Positions 1 through 13,495 are shown, counted from the stretch's first letter. The stretch is DNA of 64,000 nucleotides from Octopus bimaculoides (GCF_001194135.2 NC_068994.1:19241333-19305332), one strand, 5' to 3'. Program-made: numbers and translations. The notes: generated by a model not told the origin, from the sequence alone.

Positions 1-140
1 AAATATGAAGCATAATGCATTCATGTCACATGCTACTTATATAAGTCATAAATGACAGAGAATATATATATTGTGTCTTAAATCTATCTATCTATCTATA
101 TATATATATATATATACATAGACAATACTATGCAGTAACA

Positions 141-512
141 GGCTGGCTTCCCAACCACATGGTTCTGGATTCAGTCCCACTGCGTGGCACCTTGCGCAAG
201 TATCTTCTATCATAGCCTTAAGCTGACCAAAGACTTATGAATGGATTTGTAGTCAGAAACGGAATGAAGGCCACTGTGTGTGTATGCATGTATGTGTGCC
301 TTTGTATCTGTGTTTGAACCCCACCACCACTTGACAACTGGTGTTGGTGTGTTTACATCCCTGTAACCTAGTCATTTGGCAAAAAGTGACTGACAGAATA
401 AGTGCCAGGCTTAAAAATAAAAAAAATACTGAAGCTGATTTATTCAACTAGAAATTCTTTAAAGAGGTGCCCCAGTATGGACACAGTCAAATGACTGAAA
501 CAAGTAAAAGAA
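141..512 (+). mobile_element. SINE family A (tRNA-like head, CORE-like CCTTG(G/C)GCAAGT segment, internal TG microsatellite)
   Basis: Box-B-like GGATTCAGTCCC, then GGCACCTTGCGCAAGTATCTTCT. Colinear with the best copy at 57760-58163. Confidence 0.85.
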
Positions 513-879
513 GATATGTATATGCCTTCTTGATTGTTCATTGGCTGGGAATTTACTGGTGTTCCATCAATAACATCACCTACTCTCAGATATAAGTATA
601 TCACTTATCTATCTGGTGCATAGAACAAGAAATGATTTCTGTATATAATGGGGGGGGGGCATCTACAATAGAGAATGGTAATGTCACAAGCAGATCATCA
701 CATCAAACATTATTATGAGAACTGAGACTCACAGACGTACTCTATCCTTAAAATCACAACAAGTGATAGCTAGTTGGGAGAAAGGCTGAAGCTGGATGTA
801 TATGACCAGCAGAGAGAAGAGGTAGATAAAGAGAACGAAGGGGAAAAAAGAAGATGTGCAGACATACATGTGAGTGGCC

Positions 880-1040
880 TTCTTAAATATAACCAAAACA
901 GGAAGGGCATCCAGCTGTAGAAACACTACCAAATCAGATTGGAGCCTGGTGTAGCCATCTGGTTTCACCAGTCCTCAGTCAAATCGTCCAACCCATGCTA
1001 GCATGGAAAGCGGACGTTAAACGACGACGACGACGACGAT
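880..1040 (+). mobile_element. RTE-LINE 3' terminus / RTE-tailed repeat (family C)
   Basis: Ends CCATGCTAGCATGGAAAGCGGACGTTAAA(CGA)n. Reverse complement of 22160-22340 and similar to the 3' end of the RTE at 17008. Confidence 0.85.
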
Positions 1041-2149
1041 GGTTGTAAGAAACACTAGTGGGATTTAAAGTTAATTTTTAAAACCTATATCATTTATATT
1101 TTTATATAGTCTTTATAATGAAGCTACTTTCCAGTAAGACAATATATAGTTTGAAATTCCTATATAAGTTTATAATAAAATCATTTCACATAAATTGTTT
1201 TTAAAACATGCAATAATGTTTACTGGAAATTCGTCCTCAAAACTGTAATATATATTTCTCCAATATTCTGCAGAAAAATAACGCTTACAATTGTACTTTC
1301 TAAAATTGTATTTTTCATTTCCTGTCCCACCCTTTTCACACTAGCCAAAAAAAACTACATCAAACAAGAATGGTTTTTATGAAAGAAAGTGGTAGAAGGA
1401 AGATGATTAGATCTTTATAGAAACCATGTCACTTAACAGAGGCCTTACTTATATTGAGGAAAAACTAAGAAATCAAAAGACCAAGTGATTTTGGTATTCA
1501 ATTACGAATACATACTCCCAAATCCACTACAAATGTTCTATGTTTCTAAGGGTAGCTTTTAATTGCAAAATGCTTCAGTTCATATGAGGAATAGTTAGAA
1601 TGTTTCTGGAGATGTAACCTGTGATAGATGAGTATGCAAAAACAAAACAAAAAAGCAAAGAAAAAGCACAAAAAAAGAAAAGGAACTGTACTGATGCTGT
1701 TTACTGTATTATATATCAGTCTTCTAAGTTAAATAAGATGTTTCATACTGTCAAATAATGACCAGTCATAACTGTATTCAACTAATATGCAATCATTTTC
1801 ACATTCACTGCTTTCACTTTGAACTGATTTCAGCCAGTTTAGTTCATTTTGTCTGATCTTTTAAAACATATTACCATGGTGTTTTGCATCATGCTTGAAG
1901 CATGTAACTGTGATTTCATTTACACCAAAGAAATCACTATTGAATGTTTCAAACATACACACACACAGAGATACAGATTCTAATTTGTAATTATACATAC
2001 ATAATCATTCATGAATACATCAAGCTACACTGCACGAGTGAGTGAGTGAATGTGCATATTGTGTTATATTAGCTTATGGCTCTATAACTTAAAAACACAA
2101 ATTCTCATTCAATCACCCAAGTTCAGCAACTTCAAACCTGGTTAGTACT

Positions 2150-2630
2150 TAGAAAGGCAACCACTTGGGGAGACCCGGCTGCTGTAAACCTATACTTTTG
2201 GTGGGTGATAGCTAAGCATGTCCACAGCCCAATGTCTGAAACTAAAAGAGTATATAATGAATCAGTTCTATGTTGATATAAGACAAGGTCATTATCAACT
2301 GTCAAGTCTTGCGTATATGAAAACAATAACAAAATTATGAAGTTTTGTCATATACTTGATCTTCTCCCTTCATCATACCATACTACCAGGTTTGCTTATT
2401 TATCCTACCCTCTCCCCTTGTCACGCTATTTTACTGTTACATAGAGTTTCTCAGTTTGTAAGTGAAAACAGATGTACCCTACTGATATCATATGGTGGCA
2501 AATACAAAGAAGCCCAGGTTATTATCTCCAGGAAGAACAGCATGTTTTCCCTTTCTACTTTTGTAATAACATCTGACCATTTTATACAACATCTACACTG
2601 TTCTATAGGCTTTCAAATTGAGTAAACAAC
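2150..2630 (+). mobile_element. Highly degenerate CR1/L2-like LINE 3' fragment
   Basis: Weak similarity to post-RT motifs (KHVHSPMSE; LPLHHTILPGL). Broken frames. Confidence 0.3.
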
Positions 2631-3379
2631 AGATTACAAAGACACACACACAGGCATACACACATACACAGAAATATGCATTTGACAGGATATCCCAGGT
2701 AATAAAACTGCCTTTTTTTTAGTTTAAAGTTACAAGCTAATAGAATGCAAAATTGAGTCAATGCCAGCTACCAAAATAGGCTAAGGTGTGTGTATATATA
2801 TCTTGTCTTGTTTTGGTTAGTGCACCTTTACTCATTTGATTAGATAGGAAGTGCTGATACTGAGGTGTCTGCAATTGATTTGAAATTGAAAAAACAAAAA
2901 AAAAAGATATAGTTTAATCGCTACTAAAACTGGTATATAATGAGAATTGACAATATGAGTATTTTCTGAAAGGACCATTGTTCTGTAACTCAAAGACAGG
3001 ATAAATTGGGAATTGGGCTATGACCCATTTTAAAATCCAGCTGAAACTATTTCACTTACATAACAAATGTTATTTAATTTCTGAATTAGGATTCATATGA
3101 CTGCTCCACCCCTCTTTTCTTTTTTCTTTTCTTTCCGCAGAGTTAAGCAAATGAGAAGCAAATCAGTTCTTTTTGACTGGATAAGAAACTGATTTATTAC
3201 AAATCCTTTGGCAAGGATTGAACTCAATACTGTAATATCAAAATGTTAGTACAGCCACTGCTTATGGTAGTGATGTAGATCACCCTATGGTATCCTGGGG
3301 CCAGAAGGATTCAGTTATTGAGGTATAAGTATCTTGTTGTTGCACTAATATTGTGAGGAAACTCAAGCTCTTTTTCATC

Positions 3380-3480
3380 CACAAATTGGTTTAATTAACT
3401 CAGCCATCATCATCTCTGCATCTGTCAGATCATCTGATCACTGCTTGATCAACATAATGCACCTACCTAACATCCAACTA
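3380..3480 (+). mobile_element. LINE apurinic-endonuclease C-terminal fragment
   Basis: Translates AIIISASVRSSDHCLINI, containing the SDH motif that ends APE domains. Confidence 0.4.
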
Positions 3481-5264
3481 TAACCCATATTCTCTGAAAC
3501 ACCTTGAAGATAGCCTATCAAGAAACCAAGGGATGCTCTAACTTCTCAGACTGCATTCTTCCAAAGAAGGGATATCTGTGGACTGGCTAATTACTAAACC
3601 CATACTAGATGTAGATTCTGTTCCTCTGAACTTGATAGCTTGCATTACCCTTGTCCATCCATATACATTCAACATACCTGCCTTATCTTTTTCTAGTCCT
3701 ACTGTCTTACTCATCTCCCAGATTCCACACAAAAGAACCTTAATCCTTACTCCTGAGGACCTATAGAGGACAGGAGTACTGCTCTTCCTCCTATGCTTAA
3801 GCAATAATATTAACTGTTAACCTCTTGGCTAGTTATCTACTTACCTATTGCTTTAACTATCCACACTAATGCTTTTAACGATTATGAGATATCATGATTG
3901 TCTGAATCTGCAAGTATTAAGTGATCTTATTTGAATCCTTTCATTTCTTTTTAATGATTGCATTTTTTACTTCTTGTTGAGCTCACTCCCATTCCTGTTT
4001 CAGCCATAAATAAACAACAATCAGAGTCCTCCCTCACATAATCAGTCAAGTGTTCAAGTGCAGTATTAACCACCCAGTTAAAATTTCTGAGGCCAGTTAA
4101 TAAGATTGTAATTTTTCAAACTTTTAGCATCATCTTTAGAGATAAAATATTTTTTCAGAATATTTACATCTACTCTACACTTTGATTTATTTGATTTTTG
4201 ATTGTCATCAAATGCTTTTATTCTTCACATGTAGACATAGTAACAAACTAGACTAAAAATTAGAACCTTTATTTCTAAGCTAAGAGTAATTATATTCTCA
4301 TCTACAAAACCACTGATGTACATATATGTGTGGCCTAATTTTGTGTGAAGAGAGAGGTGCAGTCACTCAAATGGATCACAATATAATATCAATGTTCATT
4401 TTACTTTTCAACAAAGAAGTGAAAGTAAAGGTGAAATCTACTGGAAGATTTTCATTCAGAATAAGTTAAATACTTGTTGAGACTATTTTGGCATTCCATC
4501 TGGATAATATCAAATCTCATTGCTTCTAATCTGGATAATATTGCATCTAGTGGAATGTAAAAAAAAAATCTTAAAAAAAAAAAATTATGTTAACTTACTT
4601 TTTTCAGCCATCATACCACCCCAAGAAAATTTATGCCCAGAGAGAATTTTTTTAATTTTTATTCAAGTTGAAATATTCTATGAATAAGGAGGAGGAGCAA
4701 GCAAACATTTTTGTTTCCCAACTAAATCTCATCTGGAAAAGAAGTCTTGGATTACATCTTATTTCTCACATCAGAAGCAAATTCTGATTTATGAGACATA
4801 TGTCATTCTATCCCTAACCTAAATATTTACTTTCCAATCTACTTCCTTCGTTTCTTTCTCCATACAGTGTTTGGTTCTTACAAAGAAATTATAAAAATAA
4901 GTAGAATGCATGTACTATTATTTGTTGACATGAATACATTTTCTCTTTAAAGAAATTTGCTTAGCTTCCCTCACAAGTAGTTTGACCAAGTTGCTATATG
5001 AATCAATTAAACAGAGCCATAACCAGGATAGAAGACATTGTAGTTCAGACCAACTAATTTTAAATAGGTATCATATATAGGTGTATTATTCTTAGCAGTG
5101 TATTATTCTTAGCAGTAAGAGCACTATATAATGAATAAATTATTTTATACAGAATGATATCATTTTAATAGAAAATAAGTATTTTTTTAGCTTATATTAG
5201 TGAATTCAAATCCAGCGAGCTCTACTTGAGGACGATGACATGAATACAGTAAATCAAACAAAGG

Positions 5265-5480
5265 CAGCAAGCTGATAGAATTGTTAGTAAGCCAGGCAAA
5301 ATGCTTAGTAGCATTTAATCTGTCTTTGTGTCCTGAGTTCAAATTCCACAGATGTTGACATTATCTTTGATCCTTTCAGGGGTCGATAAAGTAAGTGCCA
5401 GTTGAACACTGGAGTTGATTTAATTGATTAAGCCTCCCCCCCCATACCTACTGGCCTTGTGCCAAAATTTGAAATCAATA
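5265..5480 (+). mobile_element. SINE family B
   Basis: GGCAGCAAGCTG head, GAGTTCAAATTCC box B, TTTGATCCTTTCAGGGGTCGATAAAGTAAGTGCC core. Matches 9562-9792. Confidence 0.85.
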
Positions 5481-6039
5481 TAGTAAATCAAACATCTACA
5501 CGCAATTCATAGGTTTTGTCCCAAAAATACGCTATGTTTCAACCAGTATTTTCACTTCACCAGGGAATGGTTGACAATGTGTGGAGCAGTATGGTATTTA
5601 GAGAAAAATTTTATCAGTTTTTCAATTGTGAACATTAGAAGATTGATCTCAAACAATGTATTGTTGTTTGATTAACTCTATGGGTTCCATAGGAGGTGAT
5701 TGTTGCTATTATAAAGTATATCCATGTTTTTTGTCTTTGCCAGGAACATGAAAAAGACAGTGATTTTATAAAGTTAATATAAAAAGTTATTGACACTAAA
5801 ATGATCATTTCTCTGATTATTAACCCCATTTTATAATGTATATTTACAATATATTTCAATCATGTCATGAGTAAGTCAATCTAGTGGAGTCTATCCTTCA
5901 CCAGGGAATTGACTCTAACCAGAAATCACATGTATTAGAGAAAATGAAATGAATTAGCTGGAATGGGAACACACTGGTGTCATACACTTCGCTTCCAGGT
6001 ACTTATTCTACTGTCATAGACTGTATTCATATATGTATA

Positions 6040-6352
6040 CAAATGTTGAGTAAAACCTTGTAAGTGGATTTGGCAGACAGAAACTGAAAGAAACCTGCTG
6101 TGTATGCATGTGTGTATATATGTGTGTGTGTGTTACTGTTTCCGTGTCTTGATGTTTGTAACTGTCATGACAGTGATGTCCTGTGTTTTCAATGTCTCTG
6201 ATCATGAGGAGATGTTAACTTACTTGGAAGCAGGTGAGATAGTTGACAACAGGAAGAGAATCTACACATCGAAAATCAATCTGACTCAACACACTTCATC
6301 GACCCATGCAAACATGGAAAAGAGAGAGTGTTAAAATGATGATGATAATGAT
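6040..6352 (+). mobile_element. SINE family A variant with RTE-type tail
   Basis: Family A middle (GTGGATTTGGCAGACAGAAACTGAAAGAAACC), then a different body ending CCATGCAAACATGGAAAA...AAAATGATGATGAT. Confidence 0.7.
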
Positions 6353-7429
6353 ATGTATAATACTTATATTTCGAAAGAGAGATGTGTATATGTGTGTATT
6401 AACACAACCGTCATAAATATGTATACATTGTGCTTTTAACACAGCTAAGAAAAAGAAACTGACTTGCAAGAATGATTCTTTAATTTTTCAGTCATTCTAC
6501 TTTGACTAGGTACAATAATTCAGAATGATGAAAAGCAAAGATGACCTGGGAAAGACTTCAACTCAAAACATAAAACAGCACAATGAATTGTGTGCAACAA
6601 AACCTCACAAAGTATTTTGTCTCAAAGGAATTAGCAGTTCTACCATCTAGAATTAATGTAAATTGTTAAACATTTTTAATTTATAATAAAATAACAACCA
6701 AGTACTTAAAAAGATATTTTGATACATTACCATACAACCAGAAGAAATTATGGGAATGCTTACCTAAAAGTAGAGAGAAAAAAAAATCAATTTTATAACA
6801 GTAATAATTATTGAATGCAAATAAGGTATTAAACATACTTTTAAAAATCTGTTTAATCTATTACATTACTAAACTAGCTGTGTAATTTTCATTTAGCTGT
6901 ATATAATCACTCTGATGTATAAACAATCTATAGCACTTGCTGCACTGCATATAGCTTTAGAAATACTTTTATGCTACATAAATTCTCAGTATTAATCTAA
7001 CCATATAATCTTAAACAAAGCCTTTTAATCAGTCATATGTAAACACATCTATCTAATTAACATTTTAAAATGTCTTGTTATTTATTTATCTTTCTCTTTA
7101 CTATTATTTACAAATACATTTGCAAACATTGATTTGTAAAAAATTAAGAAAACATGGAAAATAACAACAACAATAATAAAAATCCTTTTTATATTAGCTA
7201 TGATAGCCCATACATACATACATACAATACAAAACATATTACAAAAGGAGTGAAAAGTTGTTTAGCAGGGGTTGGGGTAAGAGCATGTAATAACTTAGAA
7301 GAATTATAACATAAATACTAATTTTGTTGTGTCTGGAGAGAGTCATTTTGTCTTTATGCTTTATTAACTAACACACTCACCGGTTTGATTTCCACTAAAT
7401 TTATTCATATAATAATAATAATAATGGAC

Positions 7430-7650
7430 TCTCCCACTTAAGACAATGTATGAGTGTTCAGCTTTTTTGCTGAACAACCTGCACAAATGATTTGTTTATA
7501 GTGATCAAATGTATGTGCTGTACATTAGCTCACTCCCACTATCAAATTGCCTTTGCCTGTCAGGTATTGAAGTGATCATAGAGCAATGTGAGATGAAGTG
7601 TTTTGCTCAAAAACACACCACACCAACTAGTCTAGGAAGTGAAACCACAG
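7430..7650 (-). mobile_element. SINE family D (degenerate)
   Basis: GAGCAATGTGAGATGAAGTGTTTTGCTCAAAAACAC matches 38658-38700 and 42697-42740. Confidence 0.6.
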
Positions 7651-7680
7651 CCAAATATTTTAGTCCTGTACATGAAACAT

Positions 7681-7960
7681 AGAAAATGTGACATTATTGA
7701 CATAGCAGTTCCCTGAGACAAAAATATAAAAAGTAAAGAGGAAGAAAAAGTAATCAATTACTGTGGATTAAAAAGAGAACTTAAAAAGATGTGAATCTTA
7801 AATGAAGCACATGCAACTCCAAAAGTAGTTGGCATGGTCGGAATGATAACCATCACTCTTAAATCATGGCTGGATAAGATACAATTCAAATGTAGTATGG
7901 AACTACTGTAGCTGGTATTGTTTGGAATAACCAAAGATTTTAAGAAGAATCCTTGGGATC
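7681..7960 (+). mobile_element. Restriction-like-endonuclease non-LTR retrotransposon C-terminal remnant (R4/Dong/NeSL-like)
   Basis: Single frame with 3 stops: RKCDIIDIAVP*DKNIKSKEEEKVINYCGLKRELKKM*ILNEAHATPKVVGMVGMITITLKSWLDKIQFKCSMELL*LVLFGITK. This matches the RLE pattern IIDIAVP.D...KE.EK..KY..L..E...W....P.V.G..G. Confidence 0.8.
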
Positions 7961-8939
7961 TGAATCTGCTGGGCATAGCTTGCTCTCAAGGACACTGTAT
8001 TCCAGTTCAACTCTTTCACACAGAGATCTCAAATCTACTATTAATAACAACAACAATAAGAAGAGGGAAAGGATGTTGAAATGATGATGGTGGTGGTGAT
8101 GATGATAAGAGAGAAGGAGTGTAGGTGAGATCAAAGGGTAACTTCCATTTTTGTAATAATTGTGAGAGCATATTACATAGTAGCTTTTCTGGTTCTAACT
8201 AGTCAACTTCCCTGACTCCAATGTTTTAAACAAAAATCAGAGACTCCAGTTAAAGTTCCATAAGCCACAATCTAAAAAAAACAACCATTTCTTGTTGTTC
8301 TGTTCAGAGACCATTAAAATATATAAAATAAGTCTCTTTAATATACAAATCGAAAAACGAAAAAAATAACTACAAAAGATAAAAAAGAAAAAACGTGACA
8401 CATTCATGAGTCAACTTGTTTGAGTGTCAAGGTGTTAAGATTCCTTTTAACCTCCTAATAACATTGACAGTTAGTCACAGAGCATCTGTAAAACAGCTCA
8501 TAGTGCATGATGTAACAGGCACGAAAGCTTGCTGCTGTTTTTAATTATAAATCATCATTATTTCAATGTTAACCAATAAAAGATTGAAATGGGAGTTCAT
8601 TCATCGTTGTGTTCCCACCAAGCAATTATTTTGATCTTATCTGTAGCTGCATTTAGTTCTATTTACATCATGCTACTACCATTACCACTACCACTACTAC
8701 TATTACAACAACAACCAGTCTCTGCACAAAACCATAACCAAAGTAACAAAAATGTTTGCAAATTATAAGTTGTTTATAAACCTCATTTGTAAAAGGAAAT
8801 ATATTTAATTTATAATTCTATTAAAATAGCTTTCGTCATCCTTTGATAAATTATTTACCATTATAGAAACTTGGCCATTTTGCTTGTTTTTACATAAATC
8901 TTTCTATACACATACATAACAATTGATGTTCACAAATTT

Positions 8940-9330
8940 GGAAATTTGCTTATTACTGAAGCATTTTGATTATAAGTTTCTAGTAACATTACTCCCTCAC
9001 AATGTAGTATTGACTTGGATATACCTCAAGATTTGGCTGTCTCTCAAACTCATTCTTCTGTAAATTAATGACCTACTAGTTTATTACTTCTAACAACACA
9101 TTCACTCTTACACAGATGATATTATCTCTCATTCATAACTTTCATCACATGAACATTTACAATGTGTAACCAACATGCCAATTACCAAACATGCACTGCA
9201 AACAAGATTTCTTTGATAATATCTTCTAATGGAACAAGACAACAGTGACAAAAAAGTGAATTGCTATACACAGCCATGAACCAAGCACAGTATAAACACC
9301 TCGTGCATGTCTTGCATTGGCCCCACCTAG
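8940..9330 (+). mobile_element. CR1/L2-like LINE reverse-transcriptase remnant, 5' part
   Basis: DIPQDLAVSQT (PQG motif), INDLL and IHSYTDD (YxDD) in the expected order across frameshifts. Confidence 0.7.
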
Positions 9331-9561
9331 TAAACCTCTTTCAATAGGGTTCATGACAACCTCTACTATTTTAATAATATAAAAATACAATGAAGACATA
9401 TCTTAAAGAAAACAAGTTTACTACCAGAACCACTTTATGCATTTTGAACAACACACAACTACAACTTCCAAATTCGTAATAATTGCAGGATCTCACAATC
9501 TCTAATGTCTTGGCAAATCACACATACACATGTACAGTAAATCACACATACACACATACAA

Positions 9562-9792
9562 AGGCAGCGAGCTGGCAGAGACGTTAGCACGCCGGGCGAA
9601 ATGCTTAGCGGTATTTCGTCTGCCGCTACATTCTGAGTTCAAATTCCGCCAAGGTCGACTTTGCCTTTCATCCTTTCGGGGTCGATTAAATAAGTACCAG
9701 TTACGCTCTGGTGTCAATATAATGGACTTAATCCGTTTGTCTGTCCTTCTTTGTCCCCTCTGTGTGTAGCCCCTTGTGGGTAGTAAAGAAAT
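9562..9792 (+). mobile_element. SINE family B, near-intact copy
   Basis: GGCAGCGAGCTGGCAGAGACGTTAGCA head, GAGTTCAAATTCCGCC box B, GTCGACTTTGCCTTTCATCCTTTCGGGGTCGATTAAATAAGTACC core. Confidence 0.9.
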
Positions 9793-9829
9793 AACGCATA
9801 CACATGTACAACATTACTGAAACTATATC

Positions 9830-10290
9830 TCGAATACAAGGCTTTCTCTTCAATATCACAAAATGCTTCAGCCTTGTTGATCCTCTACAAAACTCATGTG
9901 TGCTCTCCATTGATGTACTCTTCCAGAATGATGTTGTATACACAAACAACCTTGGTCACATCCAAGACCATTCAACTGGTAAGCAAAGCTGTGTCTGTTT
10001 AGATATTACTACCACTAGCTCATTTTCTCTCTGTTTCTTCTAGTGTAACTAAAGCAGCTTCTACTCTCTGTGTATCACCTCTGCTCCTCCTCACCTGATA
10101 TTCATACCTCTCCACTTGTCATCCCTAGCGTCTCCTATATTCAACCCCTGCATTAAACACTTGTCAAAGCTTTCTTTCTTAGATTACAGTCCTCTGGAAA
10201 TCCTTCCCTGTCTGTCTTTCTAACATACATCAACCTAGAGAAATTCCAACAAAACACCAACTAGATCACTTGTACCAGTCTGAAAGGAAC
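9830..10290 (+). mobile_element. CR1/L2-like LINE remnant, 3' part
   Basis: SALLILYKTHVCSPLMYSS, KAFFLR and VLWKSFP resemble LYK..VRP.MEY / SFFPR / LWNSLP C-terminal motifs. Confidence 0.65.
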
Positions 10291-10834
10291 CACAAATATC
10301 ATGAGAGCTGCCAATTCTACTCTGACTAATTACTTAAAAAATACTTATTTCTTTCAGTTGGATGCCCTTCCTATCATTAAATTTTCAATAAAAGTATTTG
10401 TCTGCAAGGCATAGAGAAGAAAATAAGAAATCAAGGACTGACTGCTTGCAAACAACTTGCAGATGCACATGCTACCAGTTGAAAGCTTTGCATACTGGAT
10501 GCTAGCAAGCTTATGGGTTCATCACGAAAGAATGTATTCCATTTGGGGGTCTTCTTCTCAATAGCATGATTGTACACCAGACTCTGCTCACTGAGATGAG
10601 GCCCCACTTAGTTACTATGATCCTAATATCAACAGTGCAGGATTTTAACATCATACCACTTAAGTTCACAATTGAAATAAGAATATCAAAATTTAAATTG
10701 TAAAGCTTTTGAAACACATTCAAAGGTTTTATCCATTGAGTTATAAATCTAACTGTAAATCTCTCTGGAAGACAATTCTCAAAAGATGTTTATACAAGAT
10801 ATAGACTTTTCCTTTTCTTTTCTTTTATTCTTTT

Positions 10835-11205
10835 ACTTGTTTCAGTCATTTGACTGTGGCCATGCTGGAGTTGAACAAATCGACTCCAGGATTTATTCTT
10901 TGCAAGCCTAGTACTTATTCTATCAGTCACTTTTGCTGAACCGCTAAGTTACAAGGATGTAAACACAACATTGGTTGTCAAGCAATAGTGATGGGAGAAA
11001 CACATATATGCAAATACATACATATATACATACATATATATACAATGGGCTTCTTTCAGTTTCCATCTACCAAATTCACTCACAAGGCTTTGGTTGGCCT
11101 GAGACTATAGTAGAAAATACTTGCCCAAGGTGCCACGCAGTAGGTCTGAACCCAGAACCATGTGGTTGGGAAAGAAGCTTCTTACCGCACAGCCACTCCT
11201 GCATC
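10835..11205 (-). mobile_element. SINE family A
   Basis: Reverse complement of the family A body (ACTTGCCCAAGGTGCCACGCAG; CAGCCACTCCTGC head). Confidence 0.9.
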
Positions 11206-11912
11206 TGTGAATGGGATTAACACTTAATATTTTCTGTGATCATATGTAAGAGAAATAGTTTAGAAACCAGGAACTCCATTTCCACAACAACTTTTGAACA
11301 ACACAAGATAGGACCTTGACATAGCAAAACAATTTAATTTACTTTTGTTTGTCATGTCGCTTCCTTGTGCACACTTTTTTTTTTTTGATTTTTGGCTTCA
11401 TTTTACTTGAATGCTACTTTAGCCAGTGTGTTTATTACCAGCTATAACAAGTAAGTACTTTTTACGAATAAAGTACTTAATAGTATCAATCCTTAATTCA
11501 TAGATTTTCTAAATAAACACTTAGTGAAGAAAATAAACAATTCACTTAAGGCTATCCTACAAAATCATTCTGAAAATGGAAGGGGATGGTTTAAAAGAGA
11601 TCAGCCAAAAAGAAAATCAAAANNNNNNNNNNNNNNNNNNNNNNNNNNNNNNNNNNNNNNNNNNNNNNNNNNNNNNNNNNNNNNNNNNNNNNNNNNNNNN
11701 NNNNNNNNNNNNNNNNNNNNNNNNNNNNNNNNNNNNNNNNNNNNNNNNNNNNNNNNNNNNNNNNNNNNNNNNNNNNNNNNNNNNNNNNNNNNNNNNNNNN
11801 NNNNNNNNNNNNNNNNNNNNNNNNNNNNNNNNNNNNNNNNNNNNNNNNNNNNNNNNNNNNNNNNNNNNNNNNNNNNNNNNNNNNNNNNNNNNNNNNNNNN
11901 NNNNNNNNNNNN

Positions 11913-12220
11913 TTCTTTGGAAGCCTAGTACTTATTCTATCGATCTCTTTTGCCGAACCGCTAAGTTACGAGGATGTAAACACACCACCATCGGTTGTCA
12001 AGCGATGGTGGGAGGGACAAACACAGACACACAAACACACATACATATATATACATATATACGACGAGCTTCTTTCAGTTTCTGTCTACGAAATCCACTC
12101 ACAAGGCTTTGGTCGGCCCAAGGCTATAGTAGAAGACACTTGCCCAAGGTGCCACACAGTGGGACTGAACCCGGAACCATGTGGTTGGTAAGCAAGCTAC
12201 TTACCACACAGCCACTCCTG
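11913..12220 (-). mobile_element. SINE family A (abuts assembly gap)
   Basis: GACACTTGCCCAAGGTGCCACACAGTGGGACTGAACCCGG. High similarity to 57760-58163. Confidence 0.9.
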
Positions 12221-13214
12221 CTTTTATTCTACATAAAATAGAAGGATCTTTTGTGCCTATCAATGCATCTCCAATATTTCAAGGCCCATATTATAAATTC
12301 TTTATTGGCAGATCATTATTGCAACATTACTTGATTTCCTGATTGTTGGCATCTGATATTGGGATGCGGTGAGTCCCTTAGCCATCCTTGGAACTGCAAC
12401 TGGTGGTGCTTTTGCAGTTGTTGCTGGTTCTACTGTTTGTTGTTCTTTTTCCTTATTTCTCTTTTAATCTCCTTAGGGTAGAAAAACTTTCTAGAAGCTC
12501 TTACTATGACATGTATAACAGCTAAGCTTCTCGCGAGCACCACTATAGAGTACAGTTCTGGATTGGTTTTGATGTCTTAAGGGACCATTAGTACTTGCAT
12601 GTCCACACAGACTTCACCTGACCACCTATCATTTCTGGTCATCTTGGTGCTTGCAACCTACCCAAACTGTACTGCAAAGGTTATGATAAACCATAAATCA
12701 ATATCTGAGCCTGTCCCTGGTTGTGATCTTTATATTATCCTGTCCTTTATATTGTAGCACCAGCCTGTGAGAAGATGTGTGTGCCTCTTACCTTAGCTTA
12801 AAATTAATTTGAAGACCAGGTACACACGCCTACATATCAGTCACAGCTGACTGAAACTAAATCATCTCATACAGGGCTTCTTTTTATTGCTCCTTTGAGG
12901 ACATACTGAAAGACCCATCACTCTTCAAGAGTGAAGATGACATATTCACTCAATCTTTTGCAAGGAGCTATCCTATATTTAAAACTTCTCTCATGCTCAT
13001 AACATTGGCCAAGCTATATTTTCATTGTCAATGTTGTGCAAATTTCAGCTATCCAATATGTGTGCTTACAGTACAAATGCATTCATCTGTTTCTTTTTCT
13101 TTGTGTGTATACTTTCTAAAGTGGTATCTGTTATCTTTTGCTTCTTTCAGTCATTGGATTGTGGCCATACATTGAAAGGTTTAGCCCCTGTACATATATT
13201 TATTACATCCTGTA

Positions 13215-13495
13215 TTTATTTTATTAGTCTTTTTTGCTGAACCACTAAGTTACAAGGATATAAACAAGCCAACAATAATTGTTAAGCAGTAGTGGGGACA
13301 AACACATCACATACACAAGACATACATGCACCCCTCTCTGCCCCACACAAACTTCTTTCAGTTTCTGTCTACCAAATCTACTCACAGGGCTTGTAGTAAA
13401 AGACATTTAACCAAGGCGCCATGTGGTGGGACTGAACCTGGAATAATGTGTTTGGGAAGCAAAGTTCTTACCACACAGCCACACCTTCACCTATT
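13215..13495 (-). mobile_element. SINE family A
   Basis: Same motifs in reverse complement, more diverged. Confidence 0.8.

Noticed and set aside
1700-1945. Minus-strand frame FGVNEITV...*KIRQNELNWLK..., vaguely pogo/Tigger-like
   Set aside because: There is an internal stop, no TIRs, and the similarity is limited to a few residues.
10480-10660. Minus-strand peptide PHLSEQ...KWNTFFRDEP resembling a Tc1/mariner C-terminus
   Set aside because: It is too degenerate to assign, with no catalytic motif or TIR.
11524-12241. Long ORFs of 134 and 221 aa (also ORFs at 55717-56160 and 62244-62740)
   Set aside because: Their length comes from N runs translated as X.
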